Below are positions 25,087-39,200 of a stretch of 64,000 nt of DNA, in pieces. The notes beneath the pieces are model-generated. The model saw only the letters and a program-made list of their open reading frames with translations. It was not told the origin of the DNA and did not search any database. Made by a program: the position numbers and the translations under genes. The stretch is from Lingula anatina (lineage: Eukaryota > Animalia > Brachiopoda): positions 5,394,001 through 5,458,000 of the forward strand of contig CM120647.1 of assembly GCA_051362555.1 (NCBI GenBank), given 5' to 3'. Every line of letters starts with the position of its first letter. Position 1 is the first letter of the stretch.

Positions 25087-25855
25087 TTGCACTGAGTTGA
25101 CTCAGAAAGAGGTTAAGTTTAGAGAACCTTCCTTGTTGTATCCATGAAAATTTGCTTTTCAGTTCAGAGCACATTTTTTTTTTTTTTTTTTTTTTTTTGT
25201 GGTTGCACAAATTTACCACGGCAAGATTTCTCTACAGATGACTATATGGCATCTCTCAGCATGAGTTACTGCTTTAGCCACCTAGAAGTGTGCAGAAGTT
25301 TAAAATATTAAAGACCAGAGAGATTTATGTTTGTTGATTTATTGTTGATTGCAGATGAGTTTTTTCTTGCAAATGAAACGATGAAATCTGAGAAATAGAA
25401 GATTTTTATGTGAACCATAGTATCCATAAATTTAAAAAACAGACTGTCATGAATTTGAGATAAAAGTATGCAATACTTGGATACTTGGAGAGACATTCGG
25501 GCTTGCTTTCAAAATTTTTTTTATTTCTTCCGAGGTCTTATGGACTTGCATTTGTGAATAACAACTATCACAATTTGCAGTGCATTTTTTTCTCCCAAGA
25601 ATGAAATGTTTTATAAACTTTTTGTTCAGCACAATTCTGTGTAGTTTAATAACAACCCAGAAAAAATCTTCAGTGAGTTGTGTAATGCTTTAGAACTGAA
25701 AATATTGAAAACTCCTGTGCTGATTTATTTATTTTTATTTATTTATTATTATTTTTTTTCTTTTTTGTGATTTAAGTAGATATATTATCATTATTGTTGT
25801 TGTTGCTGTTGTTGGTGTTGGTGTTGTTGTTGTTATTATCATTGTTATTAACATG

Positions 25856-25897
<42 letters not shown>

Positions 25898-26130
25898 GTC
25901 AGTTCCTCCAGCTTTGCAGTATACAGTTAAATTGGGCTAATCGATCTTGGAAAACTACTAGACCAAATCAAAATACACAAGTCCAAAAATGAAATCACTG
26001 GATAATACAAATATCTAAAATTACAGCTACAATTTCTAATAATATATATATTGAACAAACGTCATATTTTTTCAGTTCAACTATAAAGTAAAAGAAGAAG
26101 ACGGTTTGGAGTGATCCAACACTTTGAAGG

Positions 26131-29100
26131 ATGTTATCTACGCAAAATAAGTCCATTTTTTATGTCTTTGTGGTTTTGACTTTCATGGCACTGGTGTTCC
26201 ACTTATTATTCAAAGGAAGGAGAAATGAAATCATAAATCCCCCCTATCATACGTATTCGTTAGGGGAACAACTGACACTACAATATACACCCCCACTTTC
26301 TTTAATTTTACCCCATGGCAGACGGCACTCTGTATTTCCGGTAAACACGACTGCGCAACTTCCCGTTGCCCCTAAAATGCTCTCCTCTGGCCTTCCCGAC
26401 AAGGAGGAATTAACGTGGAAAGAACAACCAGGTGGAAAACAGTACTTTTTCTCAGCATTTTACGATGACCGCGAGGGAGGACACGTTCGAATTGTATCAC
26501 TTGTAGACAGAGAGACTAAACCACCGAAATTCTGCAGAGTTTGGTACCAAGAAGCAGGTAAAACTGGACTCAGTGGTGACCTGTCTACTAATGGAAGTGT
26601 AGTGCGACCGGCAAAGCTTGAGCGAAATCCAAAGAGGGGAAAGTAAGCTGACATGACACGTATTTAGAAGGGATGGTCTGGGAGTTTGCTTTTGCACGGG
26701 AAAGGCCCTGTTTGAATCAAAATTTGATCCAAGGTCTGTGCTTATAGGGCCTACTGTAAAAGGTTCATAATTTTCAGAAAAAAAAAAGAACCTCAGCTTT
26801 GAAATTGCCAGTGCTGGCCTTCTTCTTCTTCTTCTTCTTTTTCAAGGGGGAGGGGTTGAAGTTTTGTTTATTTATCTTTATTGCGGTATGGGGAGAATAA
26901 AGAGACGGAGGTAACTCCGGGATTCTAGGTGGCTGTGTGTGTACGTCTGCGAGGGGGATCCAGGACTAGTGAATTCTACCAAGATCCACCAAATATCTGC
27001 TTGACCTCATGTTCTGACATTCTTAATAAAGATGTGTACATTTACCAATGTATTCCTCGATTAAGTTGTTCGTTCATCTTTTTTATTGTTTTCGAAAACC
27101 AAGGTGTGAAAAAAGGATCAATGTGAGGTCTGTTCAGTTTATTCTATTTATTCATTTTAGATATTCTGCATCTCTTTACCATTGCGATGTGAAAGGATTA
27201 CCAAAGCCGCTGGCCGTTTCTCTGGTGGAAGACCGGCACTCTGCTCACACAGACAACGTCCCCATTCTCAAAGTGATCGACAAGAGTAGGCCAAGCAATT
27301 GGGATGCGAACAAGCTGAGACGGAAGATTGGAGTTTGTGTAGAGACCGCCCTTTTTGAATATAGTAACTTCATGCGGTTGATAGAGTTTGTTGAGGTTTA
27401 TCGGACACTTGGAGCGGAGCATTTCATCTTGTATAATTACACTGGTGATCCTGTGATGAATCCGGTTATCCGGGCGTATGTTCAACAAGGTGAGGGGATA
27501 ATTTTGGCCATCCTTTGAATAATTATCCATTTCTTTTTCGTTTCTTTTACTTTTTTCGTCTTCTTCAGAAATCTGACAGGTATTCCAATTCTCTTTTACC
27601 TTTCCTAAAGTTATATGAGAAAAAGACTCCTAAAGCCTCATTATTATAAAGCACATATCATGGAAATACAATGGGGCAACAAATGTATTGCACGAACCAT
27701 TTTGCTTGGAGTTGAACAACAGTGGGATATCTTAAGGGCTTTAATGAGTGTTTCATTGAAAAGCGAATGTCAAGTTAGTATCTTAACATTAAGTTTACAG
27801 ACAATTGCTTTGCGTGTTAATTATCTTGATAGTATCAAACTTTTGTAGGATAGCAACGTGATTTCAATATGGCCTCCGTCCTTTAGACAAAGGCTTTTTA
27901 ATATTCAACTATCAGTTGATGGCTATGTTGACCCAGGCTCTAAAAATAACTTGGATAAGAGAATTTGTAGAAAAGGGGCGATCCAAACTAGTTCCACAGG
28001 TTTTCATCGGGGTATAAATTTAGTCTGGTAATTAGGCAGAACAATCCACCCTGCAGATTTCGGGTCGGTAAGGCCACTTTTGTACAGCCATGCGGAGCGA
28101 AGCGATATTATCCTGAAGTGGAAACTTTTTGCCCCCAAAGATGTCCCCAAAGATGTTTTTCTACTGATATAAAAGATGCTGATCCAGAAATTCAGTGTAA
28201 CGCTCGTGGTTCAGTTTTCAATTTGTCGCCACCAGTCCAACAGTTTCGGAGAGACTGATGCACCCCCACAGCATTATTGAAGTTGACTGTCTAGTGAGGA
28301 AATGTGTACATGCTCGGGCATATCAGAAGTGGATGATGTTCTCCTTACACTCATGTGCGAGCCCAAGTTTTTAACGGGAAAGCCTCATCAAAACAGTTCT
28401 GACCTACAGTCCATGCAATTCTTCTTGCAGCCCGTGTTGCTCTTCTTCGACAGTTTACCAAGTTGATTAGAATTTTTATTTTCTTGGCAACCCTGGTGTG
28501 AATTTCTGTAGCATGGAGCTTTCTCAGAACAGTTATTTTGCTAATCTCAACATGCAAATTACGCCATCACTGCAAAGCTAATTCGCTGCACGATTCAAAT
28601 TCCCAAAGCCTTGACATTACTAAAAGCCCCCTGTCGTCTCTGGCACTAGTTTTCTTCTGGTGGGCACTTATGAGCATAACCGATATCCCCCATTTCTGCA
28701 AACCCTGTATACAGTCTGTCCGGGGGACATCTCCCTCAGATATTTTTTTCTTTCATCACTGACCCTCACGCCTTCGCCATGGTAGCAACTTGAGAGCCAG
28801 CAGAGCATCACAGCTTCGATGACACCCTTTATAGTGCACATGAATGACAATTTACCACTGGTTAAGCAAGCAATAAACCATGAATCGCACTTTTACGAAC
28901 GGCGCCTCAAGTCACATTTAGCGCACTATTCACACAGACGGTGCAATGCAATTGGCATCCTTCACCTGTTAAACTGTTGAACACTGCTTCCGGAAAATTT
29001 TATACCTTGAGGCGCACATAACACAGAGTTAAACTAATATAAGAAAAAACACTATAATGGAGTTTAAAAGGAATCTCAAGGTACTGATGTTATAAGGTAC

Positions 29101-29240
29101 AACTAATGGCCATACTTACGACCGTACATGTATTTATATTTTCCTCTCTTAATTCTGCTCTTACGATGTGATCTGTTGTATTTTGTTTCATTTTAAAAAG
29201 CTTGATTTATTTATTTATTTATTTATTGTTATTATTAAAA

Positions 29241-29276
<36 letters not shown>

Positions 29277-29963
29277 AGCTGATAGGCCTCAATGACCTTA
29301 AGTTTAATTAACTGTACTGTACTATTCCTTTTAGGTATAATGACAATAATTCCCTGGAACTTACCACCAAAACTTCGTGTAAATTCGGTCGGCAATGAAG
29401 CCACAGAAGGAGTGCACTACTACGCCGAACTATCCTCAATCCAGGACTGCCTGTACCGTAACATGTATGACTTTAAATACGTCGTATTCGTCGATACGGA
29501 CGAGTTCATCGTGCCAAGCATACAAAACGACTTATATTCTTTGTTAGAAGGTTTTCCGCAGGACCGTGCTGGGTATGCATTCGCCAAGAAAGAGTTCATA
29601 ATAAGTCGAGCTTCTTTTGAAACATATCCCGCGGTGAAAGGAGAAATGGATACGAGGCTGTTAAGTTATCGCCCTGCCTGTCTTTTAACTTCACGACGCT
29701 CGCGTCTGGTCCATTCGTTCAGAAAAAGGTGTTGTTACAAAACTATCGTTAAACCAGAGAAAATATGGATGATGGATATCCACTGGATCGAACGCGCCTC
29801 GGAAAGCACATTTAACGTAGATAGAAGCTTAGGGTCGTTGCATCACTTTAGACAACACTTAAAAGGGAGTAGAATCGTAATAGATACCTCGATGTTTAGA
29901 TTCGGCGAAAATATCCTAGAAAACATTGACAGGGCAGTTCAGTATGTGAGGCGTACGACTTGA
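26131..29963 (+). CDS. Glycosyltransferase family 92 / DUF23 protein (beta-1,4-galactosyltransferase GALT-1-like), copy A, 489 aa
   Basis: Exons 26131-26642, 27161-27489, 29335-29963, GT-AG with consistent phases, 1470 nt. N-terminal TM; FFSAFYDDR, IGVCV, LIEFVEVYRTLGAEHFILYN, QDCLYR, VFVDTDEFIVP, KTIVKP, LHHFR. An acceptor near 26075 implies an upstream non-coding exon. Confidence 0.92.
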
Positions 29964-30119
29964 GTCTTTTCTGACAGTAAATGATGCTGTGGTTAGTTTC
30001 TAATTTTGTCACCCTCAGAACGCATAGGACGGTAAACAAAACCCCTTCGAGTTCATTGTAAGATGGACAACAAAGCGTTACGCAGCGATGACATGATGAA
30101 TGTCCTGGAAAATATTTAA

Positions 30120-31153
30120 CCCTCAAGAGACCAAGCTATTTTACTGACTGAAATGACCAAGTGGGGTCATCTATGACCCCATTGTGCTCTGTACAGGGAT
30201 CTTTATTATAAAAGGCTGTTGAGGGTTTATCACACCTATACTACTCCCAGGATCTAAGACAAGTATTTTATAAGGATCTAATGTAATAAGTATTTGGTAA
30301 TAATACTTTTATTGCATGAAATAACCAAGCACAGATTTTAAGAACAACATTACACCGGTATTTAGACAGTCGTTGCCAGTTTCCACTTGAAGAAATATTT
30401 CTCTTTTTATTTGCCACACTAAATGAAAAAAGTGCATTACAAAATTACTTTGAGTAAAAATATTTTGACTTATGTTGATATAGCATCCTGCTAACTTCAA
30501 TAAGAATAATTAGCTGAGACTTGCCGAGTAGGAATACCTAATACTGGTAAGGAAGTCATACTACTCAGAACACATTCAATCAACCTACATGTATGTTACT
30601 ACCACATCTGTGTATAAAACAAAATCCACACAAACAATTTGTTAATATATGTATAATATGATATCGGCAAAATTCTTTAGATTTCCGAAATACCCGAAAA
30701 TTGTAACCGTCAAAATGAGAGACCCAGTTATGAGAACAATTTCCAACAAAGCTACTGAAATTAGATTCAGCAATGCACTATTAGTAACACTTCAAGCACA
30801 ATCTCCACAAACCACTTATTTGTGCCTATGTTTTGGGCACACTGGCTGGTTGCATGAAGCACATGCATGTGACATGTTCCTGTCAGTGTTGCGTGGGCAA
30901 AACATTTGAATAAAATTTAAAAATTAATATGTAAAAACCAATGCTTCTCTTTGGGGTCATAAATGACCCCACAAGAGTTTTTGATGTATACGCCAAACTA
31001 ACTGGTTGATCCCTACAAAAAACTATGAAAGTGTGTAGGATGAGTAGACTGACAAACTCATCCAAGGAAAGAAAATTCGAATAAAAAATAAAGAGATGGC
31101 ACATTAAATCATATGGCTGGGGTCGTAAATGACCCCACTCGGTCACTTGAGGG
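30120..31153. mobile_element. Non-autonomous piggyBac-type element
   Basis: TTAA|CCCTCAAGAGACC ... GGTCACTTGAGGG|TTAA. Internal GGGGTC..TGACCCC palindromes. Empty site in the paralog near 53338. Partial second copy at ~44575-44718. Confidence 0.88.
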
Positions 31154-33575
31154 TTAATATGTTTGCTTTCTTATACTAAATGACAGTCATCAGCTTGTTT
31201 ATGTTAATTGACAGTGTACAACACTTCCAGTTATAATGCCGATCAACATGGTCGAATGGTGGTTCAATTTTATTTACAAATATTGGATTTTATATAGTTT
31301 GTGTCTGAATAAATGTGTTGGGGAATTAAAAAAAAAACGATTTAATAAGCTGCTGGTGAGAATGGATGAAGAGATGTCAACTTAATTCCATTAATCTGTC
31401 AAAACGCACAATGTCAAAGAATGTCACCCTCCATTCCCAAACTGAAGTTAATTCCTAGATACACGAGTTATAACTAAAGGCAAATTAATTTCATACATTT
31501 GTTTAATACGTGGGCAAGAGTGGGACAAATCTGTAAAGTCAATTTTAAATGGTGGGTGTTCGTTTCACAAAAGAGGTCTAATCCGATTATTTTTCCTAAT
31601 GAATAGAAATCCTTTAAATTTTTGATTAACACCATACTGTACAGTCATGTTGAAATCATCTACACAGGAAACGATAACGATGTCTACCAACTCCAATGAA
31701 TACAATTTTTTTCCAACTGCCTAGTTTTGCAAGGAGAGGTTCTGTGACCTTGACACTGTGGCCTTGACAAGGTACCCCCAAGGCGGATTGCATGGTAATC
31801 CCTCCTCTGAAACGCGGTAACGGCTTTAATGTTCGTATTTCGAACCACGATACCCATATTCTTATAATGGCTGTAGAGGCTTGAAAACATAGATATGCAT
31901 TTGTTTGTGAATCAATTCAGTGCGTATGCTTAAAGCCAAACCAGATAAATCAGTTCAAAATTTTATAACCAGCATCACCGTGCAGCTGTCATATTGGAGT
32001 ATGTGTAGAAAACATCACCTTGACAGCCGGTAATACATTAAACAGGGACGAAGACGGAGAGGTTTCACTGTAAGTATGATGATGCTTCTTTCCCTACAGG
32101 TTTTTAGGTACAGGATACATCCCAGGAAATTTAATTTTAAAAAATCAAAAAGTAAATAAGATCTCTTTCTAAAATGTTCTAACATTGTTTAAAACATGTT
32201 TAGAATACTCAAGAGAAAATGTCAACAAATTATTTGATAAAATAAAAAAGGGGCACGCTGAAAATGTATGTTTTTTTTTTCTTAGAGAAAAACATGACTC
32301 GTCTTTAAATACCTGCTTTTTCAGATAAATGAAAACAAAAATAAAGTCGTCTCGAAAAAATAGTCATATATTTCAACATTTCGAATTACCAGTTGTGTCG
32401 CACTTCATAACTATAATATGAAAAAAATCATTTTATAACTCTATTTTTAATACTCCACCTTCTTCCCTTTCACATGTTTCATGTATTTCTGTGCCACGGT
32501 CATGATAAGGTATTATGTATTTATTTATTATATTAATCTTTTTTTTTAATTTTTAATTTATCTTATTATTATTATTTTTATTATTATTTTTTTTTTTTTG
32601 CTCCACCAAATCTGTCGGGAGGTGAATAAATACTTGCTTGTGTCGCCCCCTTTAAGTGACGCCTGCATAACCATGCCCTACTAGTAAATTGTATAATTTT
32701 GGTACCTGGGCTCATTTCGCTCTTTAGCTAAGCTTACAAAGTCTCTAAAAATCAGACAGCCGATTCCGTTAAGCCGAATTTGCGATATTAGGTTGAGAGC
32801 CTTTTTTAAAAATGACTGCTCCACAGGGGGACTACCATTACTAGGGAAAATAGTCCTACAGGGACTTAGGTTCCTGGCTCATAATTTAAGTAGGTAGGAC
32901 TTGTATTACTGGTGGACTTTTATTCCTGTAACACCTATGACAGTAATGTAAGTCCGGCCATTTGAAAGTCCTATCCTTACCCAATAATAGGCGTACGGTT
33001 AAATGATACAATTATAAATGTATATGAAATCCTCCCGGTGAGCCATGCATATCACACAAAAAATGGGCGGTTTGCAACTTCGACTCGTCTGGTAGTTTTT
33101 AGCGTGCAAATCCGTAAGGCTAGTAGGCCTATTCATCGGTCTGTTATACCCCCGTCACACTAGAGGAGGAATGAGCAAGAAAGCCGCCGGAAAGACAATT
33201 CTTTGTGCGTTGCTGGATATTTGAAGAGCATTCTAAAAATTCCGAATGCATTTCAATTTCAATATCAGACGCGACACCGCTCTTGCCTAGTACGCGATGT
33301 GATAGTGACGATTCTCAGCGGGGTTGAAAAGCATTGCGTCACCACTTGTTCAGGTTATGATACTGTGTAATGCGTACTGACTCACACCTTGAAAACGGGT
33401 AGTGTGGTCTGTTCTACCGGTGAATTCAGGATCATTCGGTGCCGAGTCTGGTAGTTGGGTAGGCCTGTAGTTGGATCGATCTAATCTCTGGGAATCGGGT
33501 CTAATTCTTGGGCACATGTGAATATAACCGTGGTTGGGTACACCAGACACCGTGGAATACATGTACCCCTTAAAA

Positions 33576-33866
33576 GGGGGCATTCACATCGAAAAGAGCG
33601 GAGGTCTAGTAAGACCACTACCTAAATATGGCGGACCTACATGAAAGGAAGACCGCTAATATTTGTATGGTCTCTCCGCTTCTCACACGCTTCCCCATGC
33701 GCTGTCCATCGACCGGTTGAATTCAGCTGAGATTTAATTACTGTGCTTCTGCAGGGACGACGCCTGGTGAGGATAAACAAGATTAGCGGTCTTCCTTTTA
33801 TGTAGGTCCGCCATATTTAGGTCGCGGCCTTACTAGACCTCGGCTGTTCTCAATGTGAATGCTCCC
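33576..33866. mobile_element. Palindromic MITE with ~85-bp TIRs (Harbinger-like)
   Basis: gggggcattcacat...aaggaagaccgctaat / attagcggtcttcctt...atgtgaatgctccc, flanked by AAA on each side. Confidence 0.8.
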
Positions 33867-34423
33867 AAAGGCTTTTATTATTTAATGGATCAGACATTAT
33901 AGGAGAGTTGACACGTGATTTTGTTTGGCAATAATGGTAGTCTTTATAATGCCCATTATGAACCCAAAATAACTGAGATCTGGCGACTAATTGCAATTTT
34001 TTACTAAAAACTCCAAAAGCTAGGTTTAAAACATAACAAAAAACAAGTGGATTTTTAATGGCCGTTCTCTCAAAATGTCTACCACTAAAACATTTGACTA
34101 TAAACCTTAATAACTTAATTTAAAAGGTACAGGAAAATATTTACATCATTTTACAGAGGACATCTTGTAGTTTTTAAAGATGTATAAATATCAATATCTC
34201 AAAAAATCAACTGATCCCTGAATTTGTCGTATGACGTGTGACGTGTCAAAACGAATCAAACTTAGAAAATAACACATAACAATATGTGTTGCTTTGTCAA
34301 TCTGAACTTAATATATTAATTTCCAACAGCATCGTAATTCAATATTTTCAGAGTACGGCACGTTTTTTCCTCACTGGTCTTTAGGGAAAATTATTACGAA
34401 ATCGTTGTTTTACGTGGGCCTTA

Positions 34424-35045
34424 ATTTGTCACATGTAACGTTTATCTTCAGTGTGGTAGAGGAGATCTAGACACAATGGCATGCATAAAGCGGTGTCTTC
34501 CTATATTAATAAAAAAGATACATAGAGAAATAAAACGGAATTTTGATTGATAGGATGTGAACTCTCTACTGACAAAACCCCTTTTACACTTGACGGCGTC
34601 CAGTCTGCGTCCTTTCTGCAACCAGGAAACTGGCATAGCTGTGGTCGTAGAAAGAAGGAGTAGATCCGCATTTTGCAACCAAAGGCATTTTGCAACCGGT
34701 TCTGCAGCAGTCTTAGGCTCCAGCTCAATATGTAAGTATAGCTGGGCCCCGTATCTCGAAAGCATCGCGTATTGCGAATCGCTATATCAAATAGAGGCTA
34801 CAATGTATTATATGGGACGAGTATGGGCGAGTTATGGAATCGAGACTCTTACGCACGTGCGCGACATAGCGAACCTTTCGAGATACGGAGCCCTGGGCAT
34901 TTTCTACTGTTCGGCCTGCACTCTCAACGGCAGCATCAGCGGCTCCTGGTAGCAGCGGCAGTGACTCTCACCGTCCCTCGTCTCAGCGGTCTTCCCCCGC
35001 AGCCATAGACATCAGCAGTCTCAGCACCAGTGCTTCTCTCACCGG
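34424..35045. repeat. Inverted copy of 17731-18195
   Basis: Reverse-complement match throughout, interrupted by a MITE at 34745-34892. Confidence 0.85.
34745..34892. mobile_element. PIF/Harbinger-type MITE
   Basis: TIRs ggccccgtatctcgaaag / ctttcgagatacggagcc with TSD CTG. The empty site is visible in the homologous segment near 17883. Confidence 0.85.
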
Positions 35046-36244
35046 TGTAACGAAAAGGAGAGTCCTACCCTTTTACGGTCCGGCGGACACTACGTTTTAA
35101 AACTGACAGGCTGCAAGTTCCGAATCCTAGTGTCCGGGGGGCACTGCATTTTGAAACGTAGGGACCCCGGACCGCCAGTTTTCAAATGGAGGGACCGCTT
35201 TGAAATGCCGAGTCCTTTCAAAATGATCGTTGTTATTGTCCACAATCGATCACGTGAGACTTAATCATTGGTTTTGAATGCCTTTTTGAATAAATATAAG
35301 GAAATAAACGTTCGTTATTTTACATGTTAAGAAAACAACTTTTAAGTATTATTACTGATGCATCGAAAGCTTGGATTATATTTGACAACTGTAAAGTAGA
35401 TCTTCAGAGATGCATCAGTAATAATACTTATATTTTCCTTAAGATATATACGGTGAATTAACATGAATCATCAAAGAAAACTACTGAATACGGATAGAAA
35501 AGTAAACAGTAAGTAAACAAAAACAAAGAAAGAACGACAATTAATTTTATTCAATCTGACTTGGGTTAATTTTCATTTATTCCACTCGTAGATAGTTGTG
35601 GTTCATCTTCGTCGTCTTCTGGTAGTGTTCTGTAATATAGAAATTTTGTATTAAAGCATATGTTTAATAGAAAAAAAATGATCATATTATAAGTATTATA
35701 GGTATAAACCATAATGGAGTAAACCAAAGGTAAGAAAACTGCATTTTTGCACTTATGTCGTTCTTATTTGATTTCTTAGTCAGGTGTTCTTTAGATATAC
35801 GTGATGCACTGACAGCATGAACAATCCTATAGGGTTAGTTATATCGTACCTGATCCCATGGTTAACAACTGCTAACAGGAATAGGGTGGAGGGTAGGAGC
35901 ACTGTTTTTAACTTTTCTAATATTGACTTGACACTTGTGGCACGCACAGGTAGCTATGCAGTTTCTTATGCTGGTCGTCATGCATGGCCAGTAGTAGCGT
36001 GCCTCTACCTTCAATATAGTTTACGTGACTCCAAAGTGTCCACATGAAAGCAACAGTACCCCCTGTTATAGAAAGAAATTATTCCAAACATTATTTTAGG
36101 AAATATGCATTTTGAAGTTACGGCAATTCAGGGTTTGACACGATCTTCTGTCAGACATAAGTAAAAAACTAACATTTATGTATTGTAAATCGATTTTAAC
36201 ATACTTTCATTGTGCAGCTGCTGTATTATGGTGGTCATTTCCTC

Positions 36245-39200
36245 CTTATTTTCTCCTTCCCAGTTAACAAAAGCAATGTCGGTTGTCAGGCCAGCCAATA
36301 CTGGTAGCTCCAAATCCCCTACATCAACATCCTATAAAGAGGAATCGCTAACTGCAGCACAGCATGACATCCGATTTTGTCATGGTCTGGTCGCATTATG
36401 CCGCAATTCCACAAACGTTTATGGATAAACTAGAGACCTTTCTTCAATTCGTGTCCAGGTTTGAAAGACATTCGTTGTTCGTCAAAAATGCCATGGTCCA
36501 GATTCAGTTGGCCTACAGCAGTCTCAGCAGAAGTCAAATCCAAAATTGGGACACTGCTTCAGTCTTACTGAAGTCAAAGGTTCTAAGCCAGGTAGATGAC
36601 AGACAGATTGAAAAAAATAGTACAGATCCTGTATTGCCCTTTTTGCAAGATGAACGCTTTGGGATCCTAACTTTTGACAATCGAGTGAAGGAGGCGAGAG
36701 ACATCAACGATGAAATTCAAACACTAGCAGTTGACCTGTTTGTGGATAGGGATACTTGGAACGTCACCAGAGTAGTAAAGACATTTACTTAGTCGGAGAA
36801 TACTGACAATTTTGAGGAAGAAAATACTAAAAGAGAAAGTTACGGAAAGGCAACAAATTGGTATTTGTACATGACCCAAAATGCAGCAGCTCATGGCAAA
36901 TCTTACACAAGAGTTACAAAAGATCAGCATAGAAGAGGATTCATTGTTTCCAAAGAAACCGATAATCTCAAAGAAGCAATCACAATATTTCTTAATGGAT
37001 GGTATAACGCCGGCAATATGATGTGGCCAGCAAAAGTTAATTTAAACCCTTTGATTTTATGAATGCATTTTGGATCAAATTTCTGGGAGAAATTACTAAC
37101 TGAGCCTGGCAGCAATTACCTTCGGAACCATGGCCCTGTGGGTGCTCGTGAGGACGTCACTTTTAATTTCTTAAAATCTAAAAATTTCTCAGTATATAAA
37201 TCGGGCTGTTTGACACTTTTAATGCGCAATCCCAATCCCACCATTAAAAGAGAGGGCATATTTGTCGTTGATGTGAACAAACGCGCTTTAGAATTGATTG
37301 TTCCATATCGAATACGGAAAATCAGCGATAAACGTCAGCCATAACTTGCCCATTTCGAAGAAATTTGATAGATTTACACGCTGCGAGGCCATAAAAAGTT
37401 TGATGGAAAGATATTCACGCGCAAAATTAGTTATAACCTCGAGTATCGATTGCGCTCTTCCTTGGGGATTCCAGTAGTTTTTGTGGAAACTGATGGCCTA
37501 CCTGGAGGTGGAGTGCGTCGAACTGAGGGCTTAACAGAACTTTTTCACACAGTTACTGTACGTAGACCTCAAGATGAAAACCTACCTAGGCCTGGACAAC
37601 TTTAATTGGGACAAACCGGAAATGAACCCAAATCGTGATATCTACATGCGCTTTCGAGCCACCTTGTGCTGCGAGATACGAAAATCCCGCGCATTGCGAG
37701 AAACGGCGATGACATTAGGGATCGCACCCTTCAAAACATTCAGGCAGTTAAACAAAAATGAAACAGCTGAATCGATGTTCTATCAAGTGTACACAACGAA
37801 TGATCAGACAAAGCGGAACCGCCGTTCACTCGAAAGTATATTTTACCATCATTCAAACGCGAAAGTACGCATTTTAAGCAATGTTTTGACACAGAAGGCG
37901 TTTTCTGAGTTCAATGAAGCAGGTTTTCAAGTAGAGGTCGAGAACTATACTCTTGAAAATTTACTAAGGTGCATTGAAAATCTGGAACCAGATACCTTTG
38001 CAGGTCGGTCGAAAGCGTTTTTGAAAAGAATACCCGTTAATTCAAAAGGACCAAATTGGTGTGCTCACGAAAGTGACTTGATCAGGTTGCTATTGTTATA
38101 TCTGTACAGTGGCGTTTACATGGACACTGATGTCATTTTGGTAAAGAGTTAAAAAGTTCTGAATAATGTAACTGCATGGGAAAACAGAGGAAACTCAGTG
38201 TTAAATAACGCTGTTGTCAAATTTGATAAAAATAATCCATTTATTCGTGAGTGTATTAACCCCATAGCGCCGGGAACCGCACATATGCGGTTCATTTTAA
38301 AAAGTCCTCAGTGCCGGGAACCGCATATACGCGGTTTCTGTGTTTACATGCTTGTACTGTCCCCTGTCTTTTGTAACAATTCATGCTTCTATCACAAGAC
38401 TAACTTAATGTTAGTTTTTTGTTTACTACCGGCTTTTGAAAGACGTGTAGCGAGAATTAGATAATTTCAACCATTGTCGAGGCGCTATGAAGTCATAGTG
38501 GCGACGAGAAGTCAGCAGAAGTTATGGGTTGATATATGTTTTAGATTTGTTAGAAAATTAAGACTTCGGGGAAGAGTCCTTGATAGATTTTGATACTCCG
38601 ATAACTTCAAAGATGATGTACCTTTGCCTAGTATGAGTTGTCAGAGAGCAGATTCGGACGTGGGGCTTGATTTATGAAAAACGCTGATGATACTAACGGC
38701 AGTCACCAAGCAGACGACAATAGTAATTGGAATGGCTATATTGCTGATAAAATGACTGTAACTGTGGCAAGTCAGGCTAAATGTTGCCTTGTGTGCTGCA
38801 TCAACATGTCTTTTCCTGCTTGTGCATAAATACAAATGTCATATGTTACGTTGTACTGCATCAGCATGTCCTTTCCTGCTTATGCCTAAGTACAAATGAC
38901 ATATGTTTACTTGTGTGCTACATCAACAAATGTCTTTTCCTGCTTGTGTATAAATACAGATGTAATATGTATACTAGTGAGCTGTATCAACATATCTTTT
39001 CCTGCTTGTGTATTAGTACAAATGCCATGTTTACTTGTATTTTTATGATGTAATTTTTATTCACGAAAGTGTGATATTTGCTCATGATAATGTTTGTATT
39101 CTTGTATATGGTTTGAGTGCTAAACAAAATTTTATGAGTATCCTGGTTCAGTTGATTAAAAAACTATGAAAAGCTATCGTAAAAAGCACTGAATTTACAA

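Noticed and set aside
35046-35225. TGTAAC-initiated segment with GGAC subterminal repeats, possible transposon end (similar end near 32932)
   Set aside because: No matching partner terminus or TSD found, so an element cannot be delimited.
35343-35430. 22-bp inverted repeat with CTGAAGA inside, possible second hammerhead
   Set aside because: The GAAA box and stem II do not form properly; treated as an unexplained hairpin or TE remnant.
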